Made by a program: the position numbers and the translations under genes
Notes under the pieces: model-generated
Databases searched by the model: none
What the model saw: only the letters and a program-made list of their open reading frames with translations
What the model was told of the DNA's origin: nothing
Source of the DNA: Candidatus Heimdallarchaeota archaeon
GTDB lineage: Archaea; Asgardarchaeota; Heimdallarchaeia; Heimdallarchaeales; Heimdallarchaeaceae
Assembly (NCBI GenBank): GCA_030668875.1
Contig: DAOVER010000027.1
Span: 1-32,000 of the forward strand
Length of the DNA stretch: 32,000 bases
Direction of reading: 5' to 3'
Part shown: piece after piece, positions 1 through 8,243 of the stretch
Layout: each line of letters opens with the position of its first letter
How positions within the stretch are numbered: position 1 is the first letter of the stretch

Positions 1-159
1 TCCGCTCACGGCTACTTAATCAATGCTGATGTCAATGCTGCATACAACATTTTACTCAAAAGCGATCCGAAAGCCTTGCTTAAACGCACGGTGAACGGGG
101 TAGGAGGATACGTGATGTATCCACTCAGAGTGAGTATAGAATATCTTCGTTCTACATGA
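1..159 (+). CDS. tnpB: TnpB (IS200/IS605 family RNA-guided nuclease), C-terminal fragment, 5'-truncated by window edge
   Basis: Frame +1 translates as SAHGYLINADVNAAYNILLKSDPKALLKRTVNGVGGYVMYPLRVSIEYLRST* (TGA 157-159). NADxNAAxNI is the RuvC-III motif of TnpB. Not in the supplied ORF track. Confidence 0.9.
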   Translation, partial: SAHGYLINADVNAAYNILLKSDPKALLKRTVNGVGGYVMYPLRVSIEYLRST

Positions 160-220
160 TGACCTCTAAGCACGACATGTACCAAGCTTTGTCCAAGAGG
201 ACAAGAAGACAAAAACTCAT
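1..220 (+). mobile_element. Right-end portion of an IS200/IS605-family element
   Basis: tnpB 3' end. GC is 80/180 over the first 180 nt, clearly above the AT-rich flank. Subterminal hairpin TTGTCC-AAGA-GGACAA (189-204) is followed 12 nt later by TCAT (217-220), resembling TCAA/TCAC right-end motifs. The exact boundary is inferred. Confidence 0.6.
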
Positions 221-222
221 CA

Positions 223-3200
223 TTAAGATTGGATATAGAACCCAGTACCTTTACAAAGAGGGCACTTTGAGGATGTCTTTCCTGTTGGGAGCGTTACATT
301 GATTGTTCCGTTACCTATACATCTTAGACAAGGCATTCTACTCGTTCCTTTAGAAGAAGAAGTAAAACTATAACTTGTGTCAGATTTTACCTTAGCATTA
401 TTTGCCTTAGTTGTTAAGATTCTCAAAATTCCTTTAATTTCATTTTTTGATTCCTCAAAAATCCAGCTTATTTCTTTTGCAATTAGACTTTGAGATCTAC
501 CATATGCACTAATTGCTTTGCGCCATTTCCTTCGATCGAAATATATATCTCCTAAATAATGGAAGTAGATTGACAATCTACCTATTCTATTATAAAACAT
601 ACCATAAAGTGGACCAAGCGAAGAATAGAATTCATGAGCTGAATAGGTAGGTTCAGGATCATTTTTTATCATTGTCCAAGTTTCACTATCATATCCATCT
701 AGGTGATACAAGCAAAATAATTCAATATATAAACGTTGCAAAGTTTCTGGGTCAGTAAAAATTCTATTCTGTAAAATATGATTGATTAATCCGATTGCAT
801 TATTATAATTGTTCATAGATATATTTAATGCTACTTGCTTAGCGTAGGACTTTCTTATCCTTTGCTCTCTTTCAAGTCCCAATGGCAGTTTGAGAGCGTG
901 ATTAATTTGTGAATCTAAGTAACCAGAAGCTTCAGAAAACTTACCGCTAACGAAATGAAAATCTACCAAAGCATCATAGCTTTCTAATGCTGATTCAATC
1001 ATATCCACTTGTTCGAAAATTTCAATTGCTTTAAAGTAGTTTGCAGCGCCTACTTCAGAGGTACCCTTTATCATATTTGCATTTCCTAGCAAATGAAAAC
1101 ATCTAGCTACCATTTCTTGATCATTGATTTTTTCATATCCTTCTTTTGCTGTTTCAATTGCTACAAGTGCTTCAGCAATTTGCGGAGGTGATAGTTTTAT
1201 CATTGAAGAACCAATCAACATATTAGCTTGCGCTTCTAACTTTATATCTTCATCTGGTTTAAGCAACAATAATATCTTTCTACAATTTTCTATTGTTTGT
1301 TCTGACTTCCTTAAGGCCAAGAACATAATCGCCCCTTGTGTATATTTTTGTATGGCTTCGCTTATTTTTTTATCCCTTTCTAGTAACAAACCTGAATTAA
1401 AGCATAAATTAGCAACCACTTCGGGTTCTTGTTCTACTCCTTTTAAGTAGTCTATCATACCTTGGAACAGGGCTAAATATTTGGAATCAACGTCGAATAT
1501 TTTTGAATTAAAAAAGGCAGTTTTCAAATAGTTTTTGGCCGTATCAAGTTCTTCATCTTTGTAGAAGGTCATAGCTAATCGAATGTTGCTATTGGCGGTC
1601 TCTTGTTTATCATCAAGTTTCTCAAATAATTCCCTACTTCTCTCGAAATTTAATCTTGCTTTGTTTCTGTCATCTTTCTCTAATAGGATATCGCCATATT
1701 CTTGATAGATTTCAGCTAAATCTTTAGTCACTTTAGAAGTATCAGTTTTTCCAGCTAAATCAATGATCGTCTCAATCAGATCTTGTGCTTCCTCGCTTTT
1801 ACCTATTTTCTTTAGAGTTCTAGCAATTCTGCAGTTTACTAAAAGTTGTTCTGCTTCATTGTTAATTTCCTCAAAAATAGTTTTAGCCTGTTTCAGATAT
1901 TCAATTGAACCTTCATCTTTATTCATTTCTGTTTTTACATCAGCGAGATCTTTCAGTGTGTAAGCAGCTTTATTTTTGTCCTTAATTTTTTCAAAAGCAG
2001 CTAATGTATCTTGTAGTAATTTTTCTGCGGTCTTATAATCAGTTTTACCGATAAAACATTTGCTCTGTAATTTAAGCGAGAAAGCATAATTAATACTATC
2101 ATCTAATTGTTTGAACAGTTCTCCTGCTTCTAGGAGTTCAATTTGAGATTTGTCATATTCTTTTTGTTCTAAAAAGAAAGTTCCTTTTCGATACAGATAT
2201 TTAGGATAGATCATTTTATCTTCATTTTTCTTATATGCTTCTTTAGCTTTGACAAAATATTCTTCACTTTTATCAGGATCTGAAAGGAACATGGTATAAC
2301 CCATTTCTTCAAAAATGTCGCCTATATCATATTCTACTTGCGCTTCATCAAGAATTGAGATGGCATTAGGGATCATAGGTTCAGCTTCAATTGACCTTTT
2401 AAGTACCACCAATATTTTGGCGTGAAGAAGTAGAGCTTGAGCAAGTCCTATTCTGAACCCTAAATTACCAAATAGAGATTTAGCAGTGGTAATATACTGT
2501 TCAGCTCTCATGTTTTTTGCGTCCTCTAGTGAAATCTCAGTTATATACATATTACAAAATGCCAATTCAAGTTTAAAACTTCCAAATTCCTTCGTTTGAG
2601 CTAGTTTTATCGCTTTTTCCAGAAAATCAACAGCTTGGTCATATAGTTGTTGTTTTTGCTTGATTCTAGCTTGGAGTTTTAAGGTTCTAGCTTGATCTAG
2701 AACTTCTTTGTTTGACACAAATTTTGGCAAAACAAGGTCAACAAGTTCTTGTGATTTGTCCAAGTTCTCTAATTCATAATTCAATACTGCTAAATTATAA
2801 TTAGCTCTAGCTATCGCAATTTCGTTTCCTAGCTCTTGAGCTAGTTCGAGAGAAGAATTCAGCAATGTTTCAGCCTCTTTAAAATTCTTCAAATTTATAT
2901 TCAAAGTACCAAGACTACCTTTTAAGAGAATATTAAGAGATTTATTCTCTGAATCTTTTGAGAAGCTTAATGCGCTACTAAAACTTGATAAAGCAGCATC
3001 ATTTTTGTAAAAAAATGCATGGATAGTTCCATTAATCAAATGAGCTAATACCAAATCTTCTTTAGATAAACTTGAAGAAAGATTTTCTATCAAATTATTT
3101 ATCCTTGTTGAAGCAGCCTCGTAATTTCTCGATTCAAGTTCAATTAAACTCATAAAAGCACTAGTTTGCAGAATATCAGAAGAAACTCCACTTTTTTCTG

Positions 3201-3294
3201 CTTTCTGAAGAGCTTTCTCACCTTTCTTTATATCTTTTAGAATATTATCTGAAAGCTGTTTAGATAATTCAGGAAATTGAAATGTAAAGTACAT
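223..3294 (-). CDS. Large tetratricopeptide-repeat (TPR/SNAP-like) protein with C-terminal DnaJ-type CxxCxGxG zinc finger
   Basis: About 40-aa helical repeats throughout (e.g. ARANYNLAVLNYELENLDKSQEL, AAYTLKDLADVKTEMNKDEGSIEYLKQA). C-terminus CLRCIGNG...CPLCKGTG. Confidence 0.85.
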   Translation of the reverse strand: MYFTFQFPELSKQLSDNILKDIKKGEKALQKAEKSGVSSDILQTSAFMSLIELESRNYEAASTRINNLIENLSSSLSKEDLVLAHLINGTIHAFFYKNDAALSSFSSALSFSKDSENKSLNILLKGSLGTLNINLKNFKEAETLLNSSLELAQELGNEIAIARANYNLAVLNYELENLDKSQELVDLVLPKFVSNKEVLDQARTLKLQARIKQKQQLYDQAVDFLEKAIKLAQTKEFGSFKLELAFCNMYITEISLEDAKNMRAEQYITTAKSLFGNLGFRIGLAQALLLHAKILVVLKRSIEAEPMIPNAISILDEAQVEYDIGDIFEEMGYTMFLSDPDKSEEYFVKAKEAYKKNEDKMIYPKYLYRKGTFFLEQKEYDKSQIELLEAGELFKQLDDSINYAFSLKLQSKCFIGKTDYKTAEKLLQDTLAAFEKIKDKNKAAYTLKDLADVKTEMNKDEGSIEYLKQAKTIFEEINNEAEQLLVNCRIARTLKKIGKSEEAQDLIETIIDLAGKTDTSKVTKDLAEIYQEYGDILLEKDDRNKARLNFERSRELFEKLDDKQETANSNIRLAMTFYKDEELDTAKNYLKTAFFNSKIFDVDSKYLALFQGMIDYLKGVEQEPEVVANLCFNSGLLLERDKKISEAIQKYTQGAIMFLALRKSEQTIENCRKILLLLKPDEDIKLEAQANMLIGSSMIKLSPPQIAEALVAIETAKEGYEKINDQEMVARCFHLLGNANMIKGTSEVGAANYFKAIEIFEQVDMIESALESYDALVDFHFVSGKFSEASGYLDSQINHALKLPLGLEREQRIRKSYAKQVALNISMNNYNNAIGLINHILQNRIFTDPETLQRLYIELFCLYHLDGYDSETWTMIKNDPEPTYSAHEFYSSLGPLYGMFYNRIGRLSIYFHYLGDIYFDRRKWRKAISAYGRSQSLIAKEISWIFEESKNEIKGILRILTTKANNAKVKSDTSYSFTSSSKGTSRMPCLRCIGNGTINVTLPTGKTSSKCPLCKGTGFYIQS

Positions 3295-3404
3295 ACCTTG
3301 CGATTATAAATTTAAATTTATAAATTTTGTGTGCAAATAATGTGCACCTTCATGTTTCCAATCTAATATCAAAACTTAAAAAACAAAATCGACTTTATCT
3401 AATA

Positions 3405-4046
3405 ATGACTACTGAAAAATTATTCAAACGTCAAGAAATATTGAAACTTGTCGAAAAGTATTTTGGTGAGTCAGAAATCGGTTTAGAGCACCTAAACGGT
3501 CAATTATATGTTTTCTTTCACGGATTTTTGGTAGATAAATTACTTTTTACTCAAGAGATAGATGTCTTTATTCCATTCGAAGAAGTTTATATGGGACAAA
3601 AATTAAATGAAAAATCATATCTAAGAGAAAAAATAGTTTTAGAACAATATATTGAATTCTACTTTGAAAAAGAAGAAAATTTCCCAACAATGAGTCTAAG
3701 CTCAACTGAAGTTGCATCTATGAAGGAAGCTCATAAATGCATGAAAAAGAACTGCAAAAAGATGATGAGTTTCTTAGAGGATCTTTCAAAGTACTATGAT
3801 GGAAAAGTAACCTACACTTATCAAGATCGAAGATATAAAGACAAATTTTTACAGAAGAAATCTTATCATACTCCTGCAGAACCTGAAGAAGTGAAAGGAC
3901 CATCTTCGATGGGATATTTTGTAGAAGAAAAACAAATAGAGAATGAACAATTGCGAGATAAGGACGTTTTAGAGACTGTTTGTGTAAAAGATTCCCTACT
4001 AGAGATATTCAAGAATTTTTATGAGTTCATTGAGCAATATGACTAA
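3405..4046 (+). CDS. Hypothetical protein (soluble, acidic/lysine-rich)
   Basis: Long open frame with host-like codon usage. ATG 3405 (MTTEKLF) is preferred over GTG 3327, which lies in the divergent promoter region. No family recognised. Confidence 0.7.
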   Translation: MTTEKLFKRQEILKLVEKYFGESEIGLEHLNGQLYVFFHGFLVDKLLFTQEIDVFIPFEEVYMGQKLNEKSYLREKIVLEQYIEFYFEKEENFPTMSLSSTEVASMKEAHKCMKKNCKKMMSFLEDLSKYYDGKVTYTYQDRRYKDKFLQKKSYHTPAEPEEVKGPSSMGYFVEEKQIENEQLRDKDVLETVCVKDSLLEIFKNFYEFIEQYD

Positions 4047-4058
4047 ATCTATTTGAGT

Positions 4059-4409
4059 TTAAGTTATAATCTTGTATAATTTGTTTCGTAAGATGTCATC
4101 GACAAATATTTCATTTTTCTTAAGACGAATGATATCACAAGATTTCATTTTCTCTGTCATATTGTCTTCAATGCTGTCTGCGATAACAATGCAAATGTGT
4201 TTGCTCATCTCAAAATCCAAATTAGTTAATCGGTTCTCTATCTTATCAATTTGTTGAGAAGTAACTTTATCTTCAAAAAATTGTACAAAAACATAGAATG
4301 TATCCTTTCTTAGAACTAACTCACAGACATCAACAAAAATTGACTCTTTCCTGAATCCCAAACGCCTGAAGAATTTAGTTAGTTTTTCCTTCAATAGATC
4401 AGAGTACAT
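4059..4409 (-). CDS. Hypothetical protein, possible degenerate Mrr-like/PD-(D/E)xK restriction-endonuclease fold
   Basis: Pattern KLTKFFRRLGF...ELVLRK..YVFVQF..KVTSQQI...CIVIAD..ED resembles the Mrr_cat layout, but the catalytic Lys after VQ is absent. Confidence 0.55.
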   Translation of the reverse strand: MYSDLLKEKLTKFFRRLGFRKESIFVDVCELVLRKDTFYVFVQFFEDKVTSQQIDKIENRLTNLDFEMSKHICIVIADSIEDNMTEKMKSCDIIRLKKNEIFVDDILRNKLYKIIT

Positions 4410-4770
4410 TCAAGAAAATATTAAGGATTTCACAATAAAGAATTTTTCTGTGATATTAGATAAAATAACTAAATTACTTATATTCTATGAGCAATTTAAA
4501 AGTTACATCCTTCTGTTTCCTATTTTTGTTGGTTTCCTTGAAGTTTCTGTATCTTCCAAGGATAAAAGTTCTTCATCATCGATAAGATCATCAAACTCTT
4601 TCTTCCGCTTCCTTCAATAATTAAACTGCTATAAAGAGTAAAAACCAGAGAAGATGATGAACTTCTCTAAATTGATTTTACTAAATTCTTGAAATGATTA
4701 CTAAACGATTTGAGGAAAAGCTTAATAAATTGCTATACCAGTGCTATGCATAATTCGCGTTGGTTTGAAA

Positions 4771-6822
4771 ATGAATCGAAAGAAACAGAGAATATTACTT
4801 CTGTCATTAATATCAATTATAATCGCACCTAGCTTAGTTTCAGGAGCTGAATATTATTCTTTCAATGTAGGGGATTCTTATTACTGGACTATTAAAGTTG
4901 AAGGAACTATTTCCTTGATTCTTGATCCAGATAATTCTGTTAATAAAGATCTTTACTTAAAAGCTCAGATATTTGAATGCGATAGATTGGGGACACCTAG
5001 TTATGTTTCAAATATTAGAATCAAACCTAGCTTTGTAGGATCATCTGTAACTTTTGATGACTATTGGAATAGTGTACACCTTTATACTTCATTTATACAA
5101 AAACGATTTTATCTATTCGGATTGCTTTTCATACCTTTAGAATACAGTTCATCTCAAAGTTATATTAACTATTTAGACAGTAACGGTTTTGATGTGACTA
5201 CTACATCTTCAAGTAGTATCTTAACCTATACATCATCAACAGGTGCAACTCACACCTTGAAATACGATAACAAAGGCATCCTTGATTCATATGTCAAAAA
5301 CTATGATCATAACCAAATAAGTGTGAAGCGCGCATTGTCAGTGGGTGGAATAATAGGGTTGGGGATAGGTGGATTAGTTATAATAATAGGTCTGATAGCT
5401 TTGACAGTAATTCTTGTGAGAAGAAAAAGGAGAGCGTCAGCATCTTTTGACTTATCAGAAAAACCAAAGTCAAAACCTGTATATCGTTTTCAAGAACCCA
5501 ATTACACTGGAATAAGTTCACCATCACAAGGAGCACCTAAACAAACTTTGAGGGATTCTAGTGAAAAGACACTCGGACTACCATTTGCTAAATATCAATT
5601 AAACAGACAGTTTTATGCTGAAGCTAGTTTTGGTATCATCATTCTTCTTTTCATATTAATTAATGATACCATAATCTCACAGAGTTTCTATCTACATTTA
5701 ACTGAAATTACCTACAGTTACCAAATTTGGAATGGTATCGAAATCAATTTTCTATATAGATTATTCGTTGAAACAAGTATCTTTACAATAATATTATGTG
5801 CCATCACATTTATTCTAGCATTAATATCCCCATTAGATTTAGATAAAAATCTAAGTCAAGAGGAATTGGCAAAAAACATCCTAGTAAAGATCTGCTTCCT
5901 TGTTACAAGTATTTTCTCTTTAATATCTTTCATTGTTCAAAGATCAACTGCAAACACATTGATTGAAGGTCTCTATGAGGATTTTGAGTTAGTAATGTTA
6001 AAAAACAAAACAGCATACACTTTTGAAGTTTTAGCAGTTATCACGTTACTCGTAATATTGTGTATCATGCCATTGATATACAAAAATTCAGATCTCTTCT
6101 CATTTTACAAACCAGCATTTTATGTTATGTCTTTAGGATTGATATTTTTCATTATTGCTGGTTTTATTGCTAGTTCATTCTACGAAAAAATGGTTTTAGA
6201 TTTATTTCTAACGGAAGAAACCGCATTAAGTCAATATAGAACAGGAGCAATATTCACAGAAATTGCTTATTTCATGATTATGTTATCAATGATGATTTGG
6301 GTAATTTCATTGGCTAGAAAAAGAGGAGGAGTAATTATCATAGGGGCAATATTAATCACATTTTTAACCGCTCTTTTTGAATTCCTGGATAGTTATTTAC
6401 TTCTACAATATAACTTATCTGAAATATACTTTGAAATAGTTTTGTTCGAAGATGTGCTTCAGCGCCACCAAGCTTTTTCCAGCATCGCTTCAATACTATT
6501 TATTTCTTTAATTTTTCTAGGAATAGTATTAAGATTACAATTGTCTTCTGATTCACAAACAACTATTTCTAGCGATATAGCTAGAAGAAGATTTACCCCA
6601 GAAGAGAGAATGAAAATAGCTTCTTCACAAGCTTATAAAAGAGCGCAAGTACAAACTGGAGAGAGAGCTCAAGTAAGACATGAATATCAAGGTGAAATTC
6701 TGGAACCAATTAGAATTTCTTTATGTCCACTTTGTAAGGAAATAATTGAGGAAGACAGTCAATTTTGCAGGTATTGTGGGGCTAGGTTAAGTAATACACC
6801 TGATAGGAGGAAAAGATCATGA
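4771..6822 (+). CDS. Polytopic membrane protein: signal peptide, extracellular domain, TM anchor, multi-TM domain and C-terminal zinc ribbon
   Basis: MNRKKQRILLLSLISIIIAPSLVSG signal. TM followed by RRKRR, about 9-10 further hydrophobic helices, then CPLC...CRYCG. ATG 4771 preferred to GTG 4741. Confidence 0.85.
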   Translation: MNRKKQRILLLSLISIIIAPSLVSGAEYYSFNVGDSYYWTIKVEGTISLILDPDNSVNKDLYLKAQIFECDRLGTPSYVSNIRIKPSFVGSSVTFDDYWNSVHLYTSFIQKRFYLFGLLFIPLEYSSSQSYINYLDSNGFDVTTTSSSSILTYTSSTGATHTLKYDNKGILDSYVKNYDHNQISVKRALSVGGIIGLGIGGLVIIIGLIALTVILVRRKRRASASFDLSEKPKSKPVYRFQEPNYTGISSPSQGAPKQTLRDSSEKTLGLPFAKYQLNRQFYAEASFGIIILLFILINDTIISQSFYLHLTEITYSYQIWNGIEINFLYRLFVETSIFTIILCAITFILALISPLDLDKNLSQEELAKNILVKICFLVTSIFSLISFIVQRSTANTLIEGLYEDFELVMLKNKTAYTFEVLAVITLLVILCIMPLIYKNSDLFSFYKPAFYVMSLGLIFFIIAGFIASSFYEKMVLDLFLTEETALSQYRTGAIFTEIAYFMIMLSMMIWVISLARKRGGVIIIGAILITFLTALFEFLDSYLLLQYNLSEIYFEIVLFEDVLQRHQAFSSIASILFISLIFLGIVLRLQLSSDSQTTISSDIARRRFTPEERMKIASSQAYKRAQVQTGERAQVRHEYQGEILEPIRISLCPLCKEIIEEDSQFCRYCGARLSNTPDRRKRS

Positions 6823-8105
6823 GTAATAAATTTATCAACAATCAAGGAGATACAGCTCTTTCAGGTCAAACTAACCTTAATGATCATAGGATTTCAGAAG
6901 GGAATTTAATAAAAATATCTCTTGTTATTGTATCACTTGTTACTTCGATATATCTTTTCTTCTTTGATAGTTTTTTAACAACTCAAACAGATTCATTAAA
7001 TTACTTATCTGCAATATATGAGGATGACCTAGCTGATTTAGTTATGATACAATTTAACATCTACAGTTTTGCTCGTTTTGATACAAACGTTAATGGTTTT
7101 GTTTTTGGAAGTTTACTTATACTTATAGGTATTCTTGGCATATTAGCTATCATTGATTCACAATCTAGAGGGTCATCGCTTGCAATAAAAACAGCTATAT
7201 TTCAATTACCTACAGGAATATTACTAATAATCTCAGCAAGTTTATCTAAAACTGGGGTTAAAAGATTAGTAGAGCTGGAATCACCAATGTATGCTATGTC
7301 TGCTTTCCAGACTGCGTATTGGTTAGAGACCATATGCTACGTGCTGTTTTTAACTACTACAATTATGTTAGCTATAAGTGCAAGAAGGAAAAAATATAGG
7401 GCTTTGGAAACTGCACTAATCGTAATTAGTATAGGATTTTTCATAATAATTATTGCATCAATTTTCTCAATCAGTACGGTAAATAAGTATATCAATAGCA
7501 ATTTTGCAGAACTAGAACTATTTGTTTCATATACAGAAGTAGAAATAGCTGGCAGTTTAATTACTGCTCTTATATTGACTGCGTTAGCGAAGATAATCCT
7601 TGTAATCGCATTTTTATTAGGTTTGATTAGTTTCCTACGAAGAACTAACAAACAATTTACAATCATTATCTTTGTTACCACTTTGCTTTACGGCATCTTG
7701 AAATTGATTAACTCTATACTTTCCTTAATTTATAGTTTGTCAATTTTTTCTCCTGATGCTGAAATCGATGTGTATATGGTATACTATAAACGACTTATGA
7801 CTACAATTGGTTTAACCAATATGAATATGGCTATTTATTGGATTGTCTTCATCGTGGGAGTTTTTGGTGTATTGAAATCAATAGTTTTTGAAGAAATGTC
7901 TACCATAACTAGTCAGAAAACACCTAGAATATCTAGAACAGCAGATATACCATTCCGAGAAAATGTTCTACCTTATGAGAAACCACTAATTCCTCAACAA
8001 CAAGCAGCAGCTCCTGAATCAAGGTTCTGTACAGTTTGTGGAACCATTGCTGAGGATGATAGTATTGTTTGTGCCACTTGTGGAGCGTATGTACAAAACG
8101 AGTAA
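6819..8105 (+). CDS. Polytopic membrane protein with C-terminal zinc ribbon
   Basis: About 9 hydrophobic segments and C-terminal FCTVCG...CATCG. ATGA 4-bp overlap with the upstream gene. Confidence 0.85.
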   Translation: MSNKFINNQGDTALSGQTNLNDHRISEGNLIKISLVIVSLVTSIYLFFFDSFLTTQTDSLNYLSAIYEDDLADLVMIQFNIYSFARFDTNVNGFVFGSLLILIGILGILAIIDSQSRGSSLAIKTAIFQLPTGILLIISASLSKTGVKRLVELESPMYAMSAFQTAYWLETICYVLFLTTTIMLAISARRKKYRALETALIVISIGFFIIIIASIFSISTVNKYINSNFAELELFVSYTEVEIAGSLITALILTALAKIILVIAFLLGLISFLRRTNKQFTIIIFVTTLLYGILKLINSILSLIYSLSIFSPDAEIDVYMVYYKRLMTTIGLTNMNMAIYWIVFIVGVFGVLKSIVFEEMSTITSQKTPRISRTADIPFRENVLPYEKPLIPQQQAAAPESRFCTVCGTIAEDDSIVCATCGAYVQNE

Positions 8106-8243
8106 ATGTTTGGAAAATGTTGACGAAAGAAGTTTTCTAAATTAAAAAAATCTTAACTAATCAATCAAAGAAGATAAGTTTTCTAGATAGATTGGTTTGT
8201 TCACTTTTCATATTCGTGGAATGAACAAAAAACGAGAATATAT

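Noticed and set aside
12-212. 66-aa minus-strand ORF in the track
   Set aside because: Antisense shadow of the tnpB 3' end and IS right end, with no protein-like features.
1124-1963. Plus-strand ORFs 1124-1450 and 1763-1963
   Set aside because: Antisense shadows inside the TPR gene (Ser/Phe/Ile-rich reverse-complement composition).
3718-4257. ORFs 3718-3903(-) and 4072-4257(+)
   Set aside because: Fully nested antisense to better-supported genes.
4647-4713. Possible box C/D sRNA (ATGATGA 4654, TTGA 4672, ATGATTA 4694, TTGA 4710) and hairpin AGAGAAG/CTTCTCT
   Set aside because: D boxes are TTGA rather than CTGA, the guides are AT-rich, and box C sits inside a competing hairpin. Compatible with chance in AT-rich DNA.
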